Assembly (NCBI GenBank): GCA_905178155.1
Contig: CAJINV010000018.1
Span: 972,609 to 1,036,608 of the forward strand
Direction of reading: 5' to 3'
Source: Amoebophrya sp. A120
Lineage: Eukaryota > Protista > Dinoflagellata
DNA: 64,000 bases
Shown: positions 1 to 12,409 of the stretch, in pieces
Position numbering within the stretch: position 1 is the stretch's first letter
Layout of the letters: each line of letters begins with the position of its first letter
Translations under genes and position numbers: made by a program
Notes under the pieces: model-generated
The model's input: only the letters and a program-made list of their open reading frames with translations
Database searches by the model: none
Told to the model about the DNA's origin: nothing

Positions 1-218
1 ATGCATATTTCGCATGGGCTATGATGCCTGTAATGTATGACCTAGCATGACAGATTTTTTGCGGGCATCTTGATGCCTATCCCGCATGACAAATGCCCTC
101 TCCGCGGAGCAAAAACTGGACGCCTCTTGCTGCTCATGCAATACAGATTTTCTTAGATTCCAAAAATAGCATCACAAGTTGCATTCTTCCAGACATCCAG
201 GGATTTTTGCAATCCATA
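1..218. mobile_element. Introner family A (partial, right end only)
   Basis: Ends ...cttccagacatccagggatttttgcaatccATA; homologous to 46006-46267. Confidence 0.85.
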
Positions 219-3200
219 CTTCACCGCGGTGTCGTACACCTTGCGGGTTTTCGGGTATCAAGTGCAAAAATGTCTGGGTCTGGAAGAGTGTAAACTTGTC
301 ATGCAGATTTTCCATGACCCATGAGGTCTGGAATGCGGCACTTAGCATGACAGACTCTGTGAGGTCTCTGCCATGCCTATCCTGCATGAGAAACTCCCTC
401 CCAACTTGGTCGAAAGTGGATAGCTTTTGGCACTCATGCAACACAGAGTTTTGTATGCTTCAGATTTACCATGACAAGTTACCACCTTCCAGACCCAGAC
501 ATATTTGCAATTCATATCGGGTAGTCCTCTGCCACCGTTTCCTCGAAAAGGGCGTAGTTGTACCACAGGTAGATGTACCGCTTCCAGTAGTCCTTCTGCG
601 CGACGGGCGGAAACTGGGCGATGGCGCGCTCGTAGAGTTCGCGAATCTGAGTGATGTCACCACCTTGCTCCTCGAGGCGGAGGTAATCAAACCAAGTGTC
701 GTAATCGCGAGGCTTGTCCTTCAGAGTCTCCTCATAAGCAAACCTGATACATATAAACGAATGTGGTTTATTTCAACAATGGAATTTCCATTTCCTGTCT
801 GCATGTGCATTATGAGGATATGTTTCATCACGGTAAAAATTCGTACCATGAACATGATGCGTCATTCACTTTAATATTATTCACGTAGCAGCACTGCAGA
901 TCAGAAGTATCCTGTACTTATTGTAGTTCTTGCTTCGTCAACTAAAAAGCTGAGCGAACGAGAAATCGCATGATGTTGACATTGCATCCTAAAGTCAAAT
1001 TCCGATTTCCTTACCTTCTTTTCTGCATGACCACGTCTTCGATTTGGTCCGGTTTTCCGTAGATTTTTTCGAAATTGACGTATTTTTGGTACAAATCCTC
1101 AGCCCGGTCCTTTGTGATGAGCTCCAGTCCGCCCTTAAAAATGGCCCGCGCCCGGTCGTACTCCTTAGCCCGGATCTATCGAATGCAAAAATGTCTGGGT
1201 CTGGAAGAATGCAAGGTTTGTCATGCATATTTCTCATGACCCATGATGCCTGTAATGCATGACCTAGCATCGCAGACTTTTAGGGGGCTTCATGATGCAC
1301 CTTCCGCATGAGAAACGCCCTGTCCGTGTAGCACAAAGCGCACCCCTCTTGCTGGTCATGCAATACAAACTTTTTTAGAGTCCGAAAACAGCATGACAAG
1401 TTGCATTCTTCCGGACCCAGCCATTTTTACATTTGATAGGATCTCAAAGTGCGCGAACTGGATGTAGAACTGCTCGTCAAGTTCGTTCCCCAAAAGCTCC
1501 AGTGCCTTTTCGTAGCCGGACCGCGTGCGCTTGATCTTCAGTGGGTCGTTGTTCGCGTGTCGCTCCTCGAATTTATCCTGTGCAAAAGTATCGCACTCGT
1601 ATTGCAATCATGCATTACAAATCTTGTACTTGTTCTTAAGCTAAATCCGCATTACAAATTTTTTTTCTCATGCTGAGGAAATTATTTGTGATGCATTTAT
1701 ACGAGTACGATAATTTTGCAGTGCATAGAATTTCACCAGCCGCAAAAACGTATCACGAGAAAAAAGTGTTACAGTTACACATTTGTTGGAGTTTCTGCAT
1801 CACAAATTTTCACTGTCTGGCAGAGAAAACTTGCAATGCGAAGATCATAAGGGAAAACAGGAAGGAAACGAGGCTGCCAAGCATTTCCTGCATGAGAAAA
1901 GTTGTCTGTGTTGCCGGTCGTGCAACACAATGTGTAACTGCAACACTTTTTTCTTGCGATAAAACGCCTGCTGCGTGCAGTGGCAGGAGACGTAGCGCTC
2001 GAACACGCGGCGTGCCCGGTCGATATGGATTGCAAAAATGTCTGGGTCTCGTCTGGAAGGTTGGAACTTGTCATGCTAAATCAGAATCATGCAAAAATCT
2101 GTGTTGCATGATTACCAAATGCTGTCCACTTTTGATCAAGTTGAGAGGCAGTTTGTCATGCAGGACAGGCATGATAGTGATCTCACGGAGCTTGTCATGC
2201 TAGGTACTCCATTACAGATCATGTGGGTCATGGAAAACCTGCATGACAAGTCTTGCAAAGTTCCAGACCCAGACATATTTGCACTTGATAGTCGATCTCG
2301 CCGCACCTCTCTTCAAACTTGGCGAATGACGTCCAGGCCTGAGTATTTCAGAAAATCGGTTTTTTTTTATCTAAGCGAAACACAAAGCTGAAAAGGATGT
2401 ACTGAAGAAGAAGAATGATGTCTCGTGCCTCGCATATCTCTTGCTATGTCATGTGCATCTTCTAGGATAACTACTTCTCATGCATATCAGATTAGGTTTT
2501 ATCCTTGCAGACAGGCGGTCTTCATACAGGAAATGGATGGAAAAAAGATTAATTCTAATTTTATATCATATTGTCGATAAAAAAAATTCTTTATCCTACG
2601 TTGTCTTCCGGCTCGAACTCCATCCATCTTTCAAAGATGGTTCTCGCGCCGCCGAAGTTCCCCAGCAATTCCTCCATGTAAGCGTATTTGTACCAGAACT
2701 GGTCGACCCGCGGCAAGTGCACCACGACGCGGTCGAACAAATTTCTTGCGTGGTTGATGAACCCCTCCTTCTGCTTATCCTGAGTAAAAACGTCCCCACA
2801 GCAGGGTTGTCATGCAAATGCGCAATGACAGGAATCGATTTGTAATGCGCAGCTCCATGAGAGGACTTTCCGATCGTGTTTTAATAGAATTTGTAATGCT
2901 GTAAACAGGATGTGGCAATTGCTTCCTCATGCGGCTTCTCTTGCCAATCAGCACTACACTGCAGAGGTAAAAAACCTGTGATGCGCAGCTCCCAAAACTT
3001 GGAGATTTGTGTTGGTAGATTCCCAACTTGATGACTATGGGATGGGGACGTTTTTGCTTAGGATACTGCTCGAACGTGATGTATTTCAGCCACACCGAGG
3101 TGCTATCAAATGTAAAAATGTCTGGGTCTGGAAGAATTCATGTTTGTCATGCTTGTCTGGCATGACTCTTGAATCTGTCATGCACGTTACCCAAGAGCTC

Positions 3201-4065
3201 CGTTTTTCTGTGATGCAGAAGCGCAGTTTGTCATGCGGAATAGGCAACACCGAGGAGCTCAGAAACTTGTCATGCTGAGCCAGCATTTGGAGCCTCATCA
3301 TGAGACGCCACCCAGCACCACAAGTTTCCAGACCCAGACATTCACATTTTTACATTTGATAGGTGCTGCTCATGTCCACGGTGAGGGCCCGCTCGAACAC
3401 GTTCCGGGCCCGCGCAAACTCCTTCATGCTGGCCTCGAACTGGGCGTACTTGGCCCAGGTGCCCATGTGTTGCCGGTTCATCCGGAGCGAGTCCTCGAAC
3501 TCCTTGCGCTTCCGGGCCTGGTAGCTCTGTATCAAAGTGAAAAAAGCCCCCACCCCATATTCAAAAGACAATTTGTGTTGCTGGATTTGTGTACACATCA
3601 AATGAGCTCTCTATTGCAGCAAGGGCGTGGCGGCATATTCGAAGCCCATTTGGGTGCGCATCCGGCTAGCAACTGAGCATGAGAGACAAGTCTGACATAT
3701 GCGAAAACGCATGGCAGACTCGCTGCACAATGCGCCACATGGGTGCCGTTTGCCTTGTACGCAAGACAAAGCTGATCTGTGATCACAAATCAGCATCACA
3801 AATTTCCTTTTCGATATGGGGAGGGGGGATTTTTCCTTACAATACTCTGCAGCTCGTCCTCCCCGATGATGTCCTGCTTCGGCTCCAGCCGCACGACGTT
3901 GGCGCGCTCCGTGGCCTCGCGAATCAGCTGCTCGGCCGTGATCTGTTGCTCCGCGGCGTTTTTGTTCAGCACCTGGGCCTTCTTCATGCCCATAAACCCG
4001 GTCTTCCCCTCGAAGTTCTTCTCGCGCTTCGTGAGCGCGGAAGAACGGAACGTATCGCCATACAT
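219..4065 (-). CDS. CRNKL1: Crooked neck-like (CRN/CLF1/SYF3) HAT-repeat pre-mRNA splicing factor; 5' part (~419 codons in window), continues off the left edge
   Basis: The spliced exons read [11 protein letters not shown]..., [47 protein letters not shown] and [29 protein letters not shown], which are typical crooked-neck HAT repeats. The gene has 9 introners and 2 GT-AG introns (744-1014, 2339-2599); the frame is continuous after their removal. Confidence 0.95.
256..516. mobile_element. Introner family A, 261 bp
   Basis: TIR TATCAAGTGCAAAAATGTCTGGGTCTGGAAG; TSD tcggg/tcggg. Confidence 0.95.
1177..1438. mobile_element. Introner family A, 262 bp
   Basis: Family A TIRs; TSD ggatc. Confidence 0.95.
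1574..1727. mobile_element. Introner family C, 154 bp
   Basis: TIR TATCCTGTGCAAAAGTATCGCACTCGTA; TSD gaatt. Confidence 0.95.
1751..1961. mobile_element. Introner family D, 211 bp
   Basis: TIR TATC..GAAAAAAGTGTTACAGTTACACATT; TSD aaacg. Confidence 0.95.
2024..2290. mobile_element. Introner family A, 267 bp
   Basis: Reverse-orientation relative of 256-516; TSD gtcga. Confidence 0.95.
2776..3065. mobile_element. Introner family B, 290 bp
   Basis: TIR TATCCTGAGTAAAAACGTCCCCA; TSD ctgct. Confidence 0.95.
3104..3361. mobile_element. Introner family A, 258 bp
   Basis: Family A TIRs; TSD ggtgc; near-identical to 26863-27114. Confidence 0.95.
3530..3844. mobile_element. Introner family G, 315 bp
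   Basis: TIR TAT..GAAAAA.CCCCC.CCCCATAT; TSD ctctg. Confidence 0.93.
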
Positions 4066-6590
4066 CTTGGGGTAAGCGGGGGGGACTAAAACTAAAGCGA
4101 AAAGTACGTGAAACTAGGGGTGGAACTACAAGTAGGGGCTTTAACGATTCAAAAAATTATGAGACAAGAAGATGGCTCGCCTGTTCTTCTAGAACACCTA
4201 CTTAGAACTGATGAAACAAGCTCCTACAAAAAGAGCACAAGCACTGTTGATGCTTATGCTACAGTGACTGCACTCGGGGTTGAGGACAATACTGATGTCC
4301 ATTGGAAGTTGCTACGTTTAGTTTTTCTTCTTTGGGTCAGGGTCGCTGAGGAGATAGATTCCACTTTTCAAAGATGTTGAGCAAATCAATTGTGCGTCTC
4401 TGGCCGCAAGACAACGAACCAAAAGCAGGCGCGAGGAAATTATATGACGCAGCGTGTCGTGAGGACTTTTTGTACCTCTACTATTGTAGTAGAAGTATTC
4501 GGTATTCCTTTAAAGGGCGAGGATCTGAAAATCAAAAATAAAAGATATTTTCACTTCCTTCTTTGTTTAGATTTCAAGTTTGACTTCGATCGCGATCGGA
4601 AATCGTACTTACAATCTATCCCTAGCGCGACACACTGGGCAGGAACTTTGTTGACCGTGCGATTCTAGTTCTTCTATTTATGCGACATCGTGAACAAATA
4701 GATCGCGAGGCCGGATCTTTCATCTGCGTTGTGCGTTTCCCACGACTTCGCGTTCGCACGCGAGATGGCAGATTGGCAACATTTTGATTTTCTTCACAGG
4801 AGTTTTTTACATACTCGATTGGAACTTGTATTCGTTCCCAGGCATTTTCAAAAATACCATCATAACGAGAAGCAGAACGTCGACGCTATGATGTGTCATC
4901 AGCAGCAGAAAAGATACTTAAAATAGGAGCCTGGTGCAATCGTGCGATACGCAGTTGAAGATCATTTCCTCGCGAATGATCACGACTTTGCAGCTCGAGA
5001 TTGATTTCTTCATGGTAAAATTTCTTCGAAAGTATTTTCATGTCTTCAAAGGCAGAACGCTACAGCACTTGCTCATCGTGGAACAACGTTCGCGCCATGC
5101 GAATTGATCTCCTCTTCCGCATCGGTAAGGTCGTAATCGCGTCGCTTTCTTTTCATGGTGTGCAGAACGCGCCATCAAACTCAAACTGTACTGCCACATT
5201 GCATTTTCGGCATAAGTAATAGTATAAATCATTCGGCAGCACCCTCGTCTTGCTTTGTTCTACTCGTGCGTGGATAGTTAGCAGGTGATATGTTCGACCG
5301 GCGTGTGCTAGTCGTGTCCTCCTGACTAGTAGAGCCGACGCTATCCAAAGAGCATTTTATCGAATGCAAGTCGGAGGGTTTGCGTCTGATGCACGCTTCT
5401 GCTTCATCTGTGAAGATACACATAGACTGTCGGGCTCAGTTCGTAAGTACTTCTACGGCGATGAGAGACATAAGGTAAGAACGTGGTGCTTTGGAGGCTC
5501 CTGTCGTACACACACGCTCTTGAACGTCGTTCTAGTGTGGACCACGCACTTACTACGCCTTTTTCCCCTAACTACCTTCAAGTCTTCATATTAGCTGCTC
5601 GTGATTCAGAATATTTATACGACGGACTGTGAAACACTTGCTTCATTCATTTACATTTTCATTTTGTTGTTGTTCATCGATCATGATAAAGAAAACGCAT
5701 ACGACAATACTATTAGGACGGTTTCTCTTTCTCAACAAACTTTTTCGATATGGATATATGTGTACTTCCCGGAATATAAGTACTTTTCGCTGGAAGGAAC
5801 TGCGAATCGAAGTGACGCGCCCCGTGTGAAGAAATTGCAGGTGAATGTCATGAATACGGAACAAAAAGCGATTGGAATAAATAAGTAAATCGTAAAAGTC
5901 GGAATGATGTCACATTAGCAATGTGAAATTCTGCTCAAAGCGTGTGAGTACTTCTCATTGTATGAATGCATAGGAAAAGTGAAAGGGTGTCGGAACTTTC
6001 AAAAAAGATATTGTAAAATTATGATAATCATTGTACCTCTACTTTCGTCGAAAGAACCTTCTGAATTAACCAAAACCGAGCGGCGTTTCGTGGTACTCAA
6101 GAGTAATTCTCCTCTTCATACAGAACCCCAAAGAGCAAGAGTTCTGCTTCTGTTAAGTTTTCTTCATCTTTGTCCGTGTAGTTGAAGTGGCAAAAGAATC
6201 GTGTCAGCTGAAGGAGCTTCAGTGACGAGGGCACATCCAGACGCGCTGCCATTGATTGTATTCGGCAAGAAACAACTGCGTCGCAGGGGCATAAAGATAA
6301 AACGGTGTCAGGTCGGGATTCAACACCGGGCTCCCGTCCGGATTGACCATCTGCAGAATTGACCACCCCGGCGGATTTGCATTTGGGCCTAAGGGCTTTG
6401 TAATTGTATCATGCTGAAAAGAACGAGACATCGACACCATGCTGCAGTGCCTCTGAGTCGGATATGTAGATGACGACTCACTTCTCTCGTCGTCGTCCTG
6501 CGATTGTGTTAATTAGGTACTCACTTTTTGACATGCGGACTCCTTACAGTTCGATGACTTTTGATTTCATACAACAACATGGCGTCTCGT

Positions 6591-7091
6591 CTACTTTTCA
6601 TGGTGATAAACCTGCCCGACACTATAGCCCTGGTCGCCCGCCTTCTTGTAACAAACTACCGGGGGATCCGGAGAAAACTGCGCCGGGAGCTGGTGGTGTT
6701 GCGGCTGCTGCAGTTGTTGCTGCTGCTGCTGCTGCTGCAGTTGTTGCTGCTGCTGCAGAAGTTGTTGCTGCTGCCATTGTTGCTGCTGCCGTTGCTGATG
6801 CTGCAGTTGGTGCTGCTGCAGTTGTTGCTGCAGCTGTTGCTGCTGCAGTTGGTGCTGCTGGAGTTGTTGCTGCTGCTGCTGCAGTTGTCGCTGCTGCTGG
6901 CGCTGCTGCTGCAGGTGTTGCTCCTGCTGATGCTGCAGTTGTTGCTGCAGGATGTGCTGTTCCGGCCCGCTTTTAGAAGCGGGCGGCGGTGGCGGCGGTG
7001 CCGGCGGTGGCGCCACGGGCTGCTTCGTCCTGTGATGGAATATAAATAAGTTCAAGTTCCACTTCTTGGGGAGTTTTCTCATGATTTTCAT
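6591..7091 (-). CDS. Pro-rich/poly-Gln ORF, probably an exon of an unresolved gene
   Basis: CAG/CAA-rich tract at ~6690-6950 preceded by a poly-Pro stretch; same strand as the neighbouring genes; no recognisable domain. Confidence 0.4.
   Translation of the reverse strand: MKIMRKLPKKWNLNLFIFHHRTKQPVAPPPAPPPPPPASKSGPEQHILQQQLQHQQEQHLQQQRQQQRQLQQQQQQLQQHQLQQQQLQQQLQQHQLQHQQRQQQQWQQQQLLQQQQQLQQQQQQQQLQQPQHHQLPAQFSPDPPVVCYKKAGDQGYSVGQVYHHEK
6690..6950. repeat. (CAG/CAA)n trinucleotide tract
   Basis: Dense TGC/TGT repeats on the plus strand. Confidence 0.9.
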
Positions 7092-7470
7092 GCATCATGT
7101 TATGCAAGATCTATCTTCGTTCGGCTCACCAGGCTCAAACTCGCTCACTGGCCCATAAAGATGCGAGTCCTTACCTTTCTCGGCGCGCATATCAATCACG
7201 TAAGCGTTTATTTTCTCTTCAACCTCTAAATTCACACATCCACGACAACTGCTTTTGAAACTACAAGCATCTCCGTAAGAAGTCTGTTCTCTGCGTTGCG
7301 ATGTGCGTGATTGCGACCGAGGTCGCCGCGTGCCCGTGAAGTTGCAATCAGAAAACGCACGACGCAGCACAGGCGGCATCCACATTCAATTACAGTTGAT
7401 ACTTCCAGTGAATTTGATTGCGTCCTAGAAAACCCATAAATCTCATTGAAATAATTGGTGCCGCCTAAGG

Positions 7471-10400
7471 TTAAATATATTGCAATGCAAAATCAAAATA
7501 GAAGTTTAAGTAGATCACTGTAGGCGGAGCGAACTGCATAGACCCGATGGTCCGTCGCGGCGTCATATTCAATTCATTGTTTGTCTTTCCGACCCTAGTA
7601 TGGAACATTAGCAAAAAACTGTACCCCGGATCACGAATTTTGAAAAGCTTAGCCCCGTTCTGGCAGACCAAATCGACTTCTTGGGTGAATAGCTTCTGAT
7701 TGGGCGGACGAGACACGTGCGTGGAAATCCACACTTTACCGTTCGAATCTAAGTTATACTCGACGCTCTGCCCGGCACGCAAGACTGGAAATTCCACCCA
7801 CCGCACTGCCTGTGTTCCCGGCAGGACTGCGGCAGGACTGGGAATTGCATGTGCTGCAGGGCGCTGCTGCTGAGGTCCCCGACCGAAAATGTTCAACTGC
7901 ACCTGTACGTTTGGGCTTGGCATCAAGGAGGCGAGGGCTTGCATCGGGGTAGCCAGGTGCTTCTCCACATCCGAATCCCGATGCCAGCGGAGCTCCCGGA
8001 ACAAAACATCGTCGTAGCGGATGGTTCTGGTTGCGGCGCCAGTGCCCTTCAATAAAGTCAAGGACGACGCAAGGTTTTCCCACGCACCAGCATAAAGAGG
8101 CGAAGAAAACACGAACAACCCGAGAGCATTTTCTCCAGTGTTCTTGTGCTCGGCGCGAAATGCGATTTCGTCTTGTTTCATCGGCTGGTGACTCCGGACA
8201 TAGAAGTCGAGATTGTTTTTTTGAAGCCAGGAATTTACGTCGTTGGCAAAAGGCCCAAACATGTCGCCACAGCGGGACCAATGTCCGGCCGGCGCGGGAT
8301 CTGCCCACATGAGCACATTGAAACATTTTGGAGTTGGAGGTTGAAGGGGATTGTGGTCATGATATGGCGCGACACAGTCCCACACTCCGTTCTGGGTCGG
8401 TGTCGTTTTAAAGAAGTGGGGCTCAATGATGAAAGAAGCGCCCGGCTTTGCACATTGCGCATTTTGAAGCTTCTCGGAGCACAGCTCTTGATGTGGCCGC
8501 TTTTCCGCCGGCGCCAGCCACAATGGTCCACGCAGCAAGTTTATCTTGGAAAGCTCAGATGTGCTTAGCAGGATCGGTGAGAAGCCAGCATGGATCAGCA
8601 GAGTCTTGCCGTAAACAATCGCGGCCTGCGGTAGCAATGGAAAAACCGTTGCGAAGGCAAAGCCGTGCCAGGAGTAATATCGGGTCTCCACAGTGCCGAC
8701 AGCCTTGACCACAGTTTGTCTTGTTGAGAGGAGGTTGACACTCTCTCGATCGTTTTCGTTGTACATCGTACTGACCCCAAAAGTTTCGTGATTTCCCCGG
8801 AGAAGCGTCACTTTGCTCGGAAACTCTGCTCCTGCTTCCGTGCAAAATCTTGAGTCAAACTTGCTCATGCATGTGTTCACTCCGCAGAGGCGGGCTGTAC
8901 GTCACCGCGGAAACTAGGCAGCGCGTCGCGGCGCTTTTTTTCAACGGGAGCGACTAGCACGGCTCGCTAGGCTTCTGCCCCCACATCTCTTTTGGCCGTC
9001 GCCACCTCGAAAACGAACACGAGAGGTTTCCGCTATTTGGATCTCGATGTGATGAAGCACAGAGCCTTTTAAAGCTGAACATTAGGTCAGATGCTGTTGT
9101 TAGGCGCGCCAGGCGCAGGCACTGGCACATGCCGCGCTGGTCTACCCAAAAATAAACATCCTGGGCGCTGACGCGTAAAAAGCGAAAATGGTAGGCGATC
9201 GCGCATCTTCCGCCCATGATCTACTTTGCGATTGCGACAACATATATTATAAATAAATATAAATATTATGCTCACACAATGCATGATTTTTTGACTCAGT
9301 TCTTTGCTTGAATACTGCAACCACAGCACGTACAGAAGCGTGTTGTAGCTGTCGCCTGTTAGGGGGGCACGGTCCATGAAATCTCCAAGAAAAACGATGC
9401 GACCCTCCACCTTGTCTCCCCAAAAATTTCCAGGAGCTGCGTTCGGTTCGCCGGGCACCGGCAGGAACGCCATCGCGAGAAGCAAATCCGGAAAGGCACC
9501 GTGCAAGTCCCCAAAAACGTGCACGAATTCACAGTTTTTTTGGTTCTGGGGAATTCGCTTCAGTTTGGACGACGAGCCAGGCACGCCGCAAATGTTTTCC
9601 AGCAGCGGCAGGTGAAGCGATTGTCCGTTTCCGTCGGGGCAGAAATGCTTTCCAAATTGCTGTGCTTTTCCCGTCAGAAACGCAGTGTACTGCTCGGAAA
9701 TTTTGAACGCGATTCCGGGGTCTTGCAATATTTTCCGGGTCTGGCCGGCGTCTTTGAAAGCACGCGCTGGGTGGAGATAATACCAGGGCAGGTGTTCCGA
9801 TTTCACCATTTCGATACCATCCGGGTGTGGTAGTTGAAGTTCAACTTGAGGTTGAGCGCCGACTTGCAGAAAATCAGACGCCGCGATCGACGGGCCAAAA
9901 GCCCCAATCTCCGAGGACGACGGCGAGAGCTGCTCCGTGACATTCCCCAGGTGGAGCTGCGTATCCACGGGAAATACGTCTGGTGTTCTCCTGGAAGAGT
10001 GCAAACTTGTGATGCGTCGTCCCGTGGGTCATGCAAAAATCTGCCTTGCAGGTAGACAGCAAAATACAGCGGCCTACTTTTGGTCGAGCTGAAGAGGGGA
10101 CGCTTGGTCTCATGCTCCTGGATGGATTGATCATTACGCTGTGAAAACTCTACCGTCTCCATGGTGTCGGGTCCTGCATAGGTATGACACGCGCTGCAGT
10201 CATCCCCAAGCGTAGCACGAAAAGCTTCAGGACCAAGAACCTCCATAGCCAACTACATCTTCCAGGAGGCCCAGACATGATGATGTAAATCTATTCGAGG
10301 TAGTCCCCTTAGATTATCCTCTTCCGTCCTCTAAGTCTCATGATTGCTTGGATTGGTAGTCTTTCGTTGTTGTTGTTTGTTTGAAAGGAGAGCGCTGAAG

Positions 10401-11107
10401 ATGTATTGCTGCTGCTTGTTGTTTTTGCTGATCCTGTTGCTGCGCCTGTGGTGATGTCTCGCCATAGATTTCGATCAAGGCAGTCCTTTACTGTTGCTCG
10501 CTTTCGATTGAGATCCGCGTTGATTTCTGCTATCCAGGTCTTTGTTGCTCCTTGCCCTTTTTTTGTCTTGGCGTGACATATCAATATTAAGTATTTGCGG
10601 TTGATGATACTGCACGATGGACGGCTGCAAGAAGAAAGAAGGACCCACTTCACCCGTGTTCTTCGACCCCCCCAGGTCCGCGAAAGAGGATTGGTCCGAC
10701 GACACGACGTCTCGATCTTGTCCATCGTCATCGTCCAAGAACTGATCATCCTGCGCGGCACCAGAAAAATCGACACCAGCAGTACTTTCCTGCGCAGGGA
10801 CTTCGGCCGCGCCACCAGAAAATAAATCGGCATCCAACAACCCCCCGCCCTCTTCGCCGTCCACAGGCAGGGCCGCGGCGTCGGCAGCTGACGAGAGGGT
10901 CGCGACGACGTTCGGCGAGGCGGGAGCAGCGGCGGCCCCATTCTTCTCTTGGTTTTGACCGCGCTTCGCCATGAAGCCTTTGCGTTCGGCGTGCAGGGTC
11001 GGGAAAAACAGGGTCGTGCCACTGAGGAACGCCGCGGGCAGCATTTTCGAAGCGGAGAACCGGAACCGGCCGCTGGTGGGGGAATAGCTCGTTTGGAAGG
11101 TCGTCAT
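7471..11107 (-). CDS. Divergent PPP-family (calcineurin-like) Ser/Thr protein phosphatase; multi-exon, possible N-terminal signal peptide
   Basis: ORF 9087-10004 has VFGDLHG and VFLGDFMDRA. ORF 7471-8880 has LLRGNHE, IHAG, WADP, VRSHQ and FSSPLY, in the standard PPP order. Exon boundaries and linkage to the 10.6-11.1 kb ORF are not resolved. Confidence 0.8.
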
Positions 11108-11362
11108 GATGTTCTTGTTCACGCACTTGCTTAAAATCAAGTGGCTTGCTTCGTCAGATAAGCTTGGACTCGCCACGGTGGTAAGGTTGGCGAGGAAAAA
11201 GTACAAGCCTTCGGGTTTACTTATTTTTTGCCGTTTTTACAAGAAAGAGTGATCACAAAAGTTCGTTGTACTGCAAGAGTAGAAAAAGCTTGTTCGAAAA
11301 CAAATTTTCCGTGTTGTCGTGCGATAGAAGTTTGTAAAAATGTCAAATTGAGGTTTCGGCTT

Positions 11363-11435
11363 GAGAAGTTTTTGAGGCTTCGTCAAGACCTAGTTGATGA
11401 TGGCTTTAGAAGTTTTTGTGGCTTCGTCAAGACCT
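11363..11435. repeat. Short tandem duplication upstream of the phosphatase gene
   Basis: AGAAGTTTTTG(A/T)GGCTTCGTCAAGACCT twice, ~45 bp apart. Confidence 0.8.
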
Positions 11436-12409
11436 GTAGTGGGTTTATCAGATGAGCTGATACATCATCTCTGTCTCAAACCTAAATCTTACGCAAAAAT
11501 AAATTAGATGAAATATGCACGGTTTTTTCAACATAGACCTCTATCTTCTAGCGCAGGGACGCAGAGCTGCAAGGATAAGCTCTGCCTCTGCGTTCTTCCT
11601 TCGTACAAACCGCGACATCGGTGCACGAGAAGACTACCGAGTAGGTCTTTTTGAACAAAGAGCACAAACAAGTAATCAGCTCCACCGAGGGGTGCTGCGG
11701 CTGCAGCTGCAAATGCTCAGGCGAGCAAGCACGAAAACATCAATCGTTTTGGTTTTCCTCTTTCTCACGACACCGAATAAAGTTAAAGACAGCCAACACC
11801 GACACGACTTTATCCTTTTGATTGCAATAAGCAAACGAAGAATGTACGACCAGCACCGAGCTCCGGTTCTCGTTCTGAATGTGAATAGAGGACCGATTTT
11901 TCTCAGAGCGGATACTGCTTTGAAATATCAAGGGAGTTTTCGTGTGAACGACAACGAGAAAGTACCTGAGAATGACAGTGTAATTGGAGACCTGTTTTTC
12001 TCTCACGGGTCAGAACTTCGCCCAGCACGCGAGGCTGCCATAGTAGGTAAGTACGAATTTTTTTTCAGCATGATGTAGAAGTACTACAAGACCCACACTC
12101 ATACACAAGCTGACTGCCTCGTGCTTCTTTTTGTTCTAGTGTTTTCATGGGTCATTATGACTTTCTATGTCCGTTTTTGCATACGCGCGCTTTCGAAAAA
12201 ATCATCATGGGTAGAAGAGCGCTGCAAATAAAGCCTGAGTCCGCAATAAGAGAGGCACTACCTACGCTTTACAGGCTGCTCATTGACTCTTCTTGCTAGC
12301 AGTTGTATTCACTTTTTTCATACAAAAAGACCTGCGGGTAATCTTAAAATCTTGTCTAAAACTCAACACGGCACGCTGGTGATTCTTCCTACTAATCCTC
12401 TAGAAGTAC

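Noticed and set aside
256-3844. CRISPR-like alternation of repeats and short unique spacers
   Set aside because: The repeats are inverted ends of 150-330-bp elements and the 'spacers' are in-frame exons; there are no cas genes.
6470-7049. Plus-strand poly-Ala/Val and poly-Leu ORFs (also at 52.7-54.9 kb)
   Set aside because: They are antisense shadows of CAG-rich poly-Gln coding sequence.
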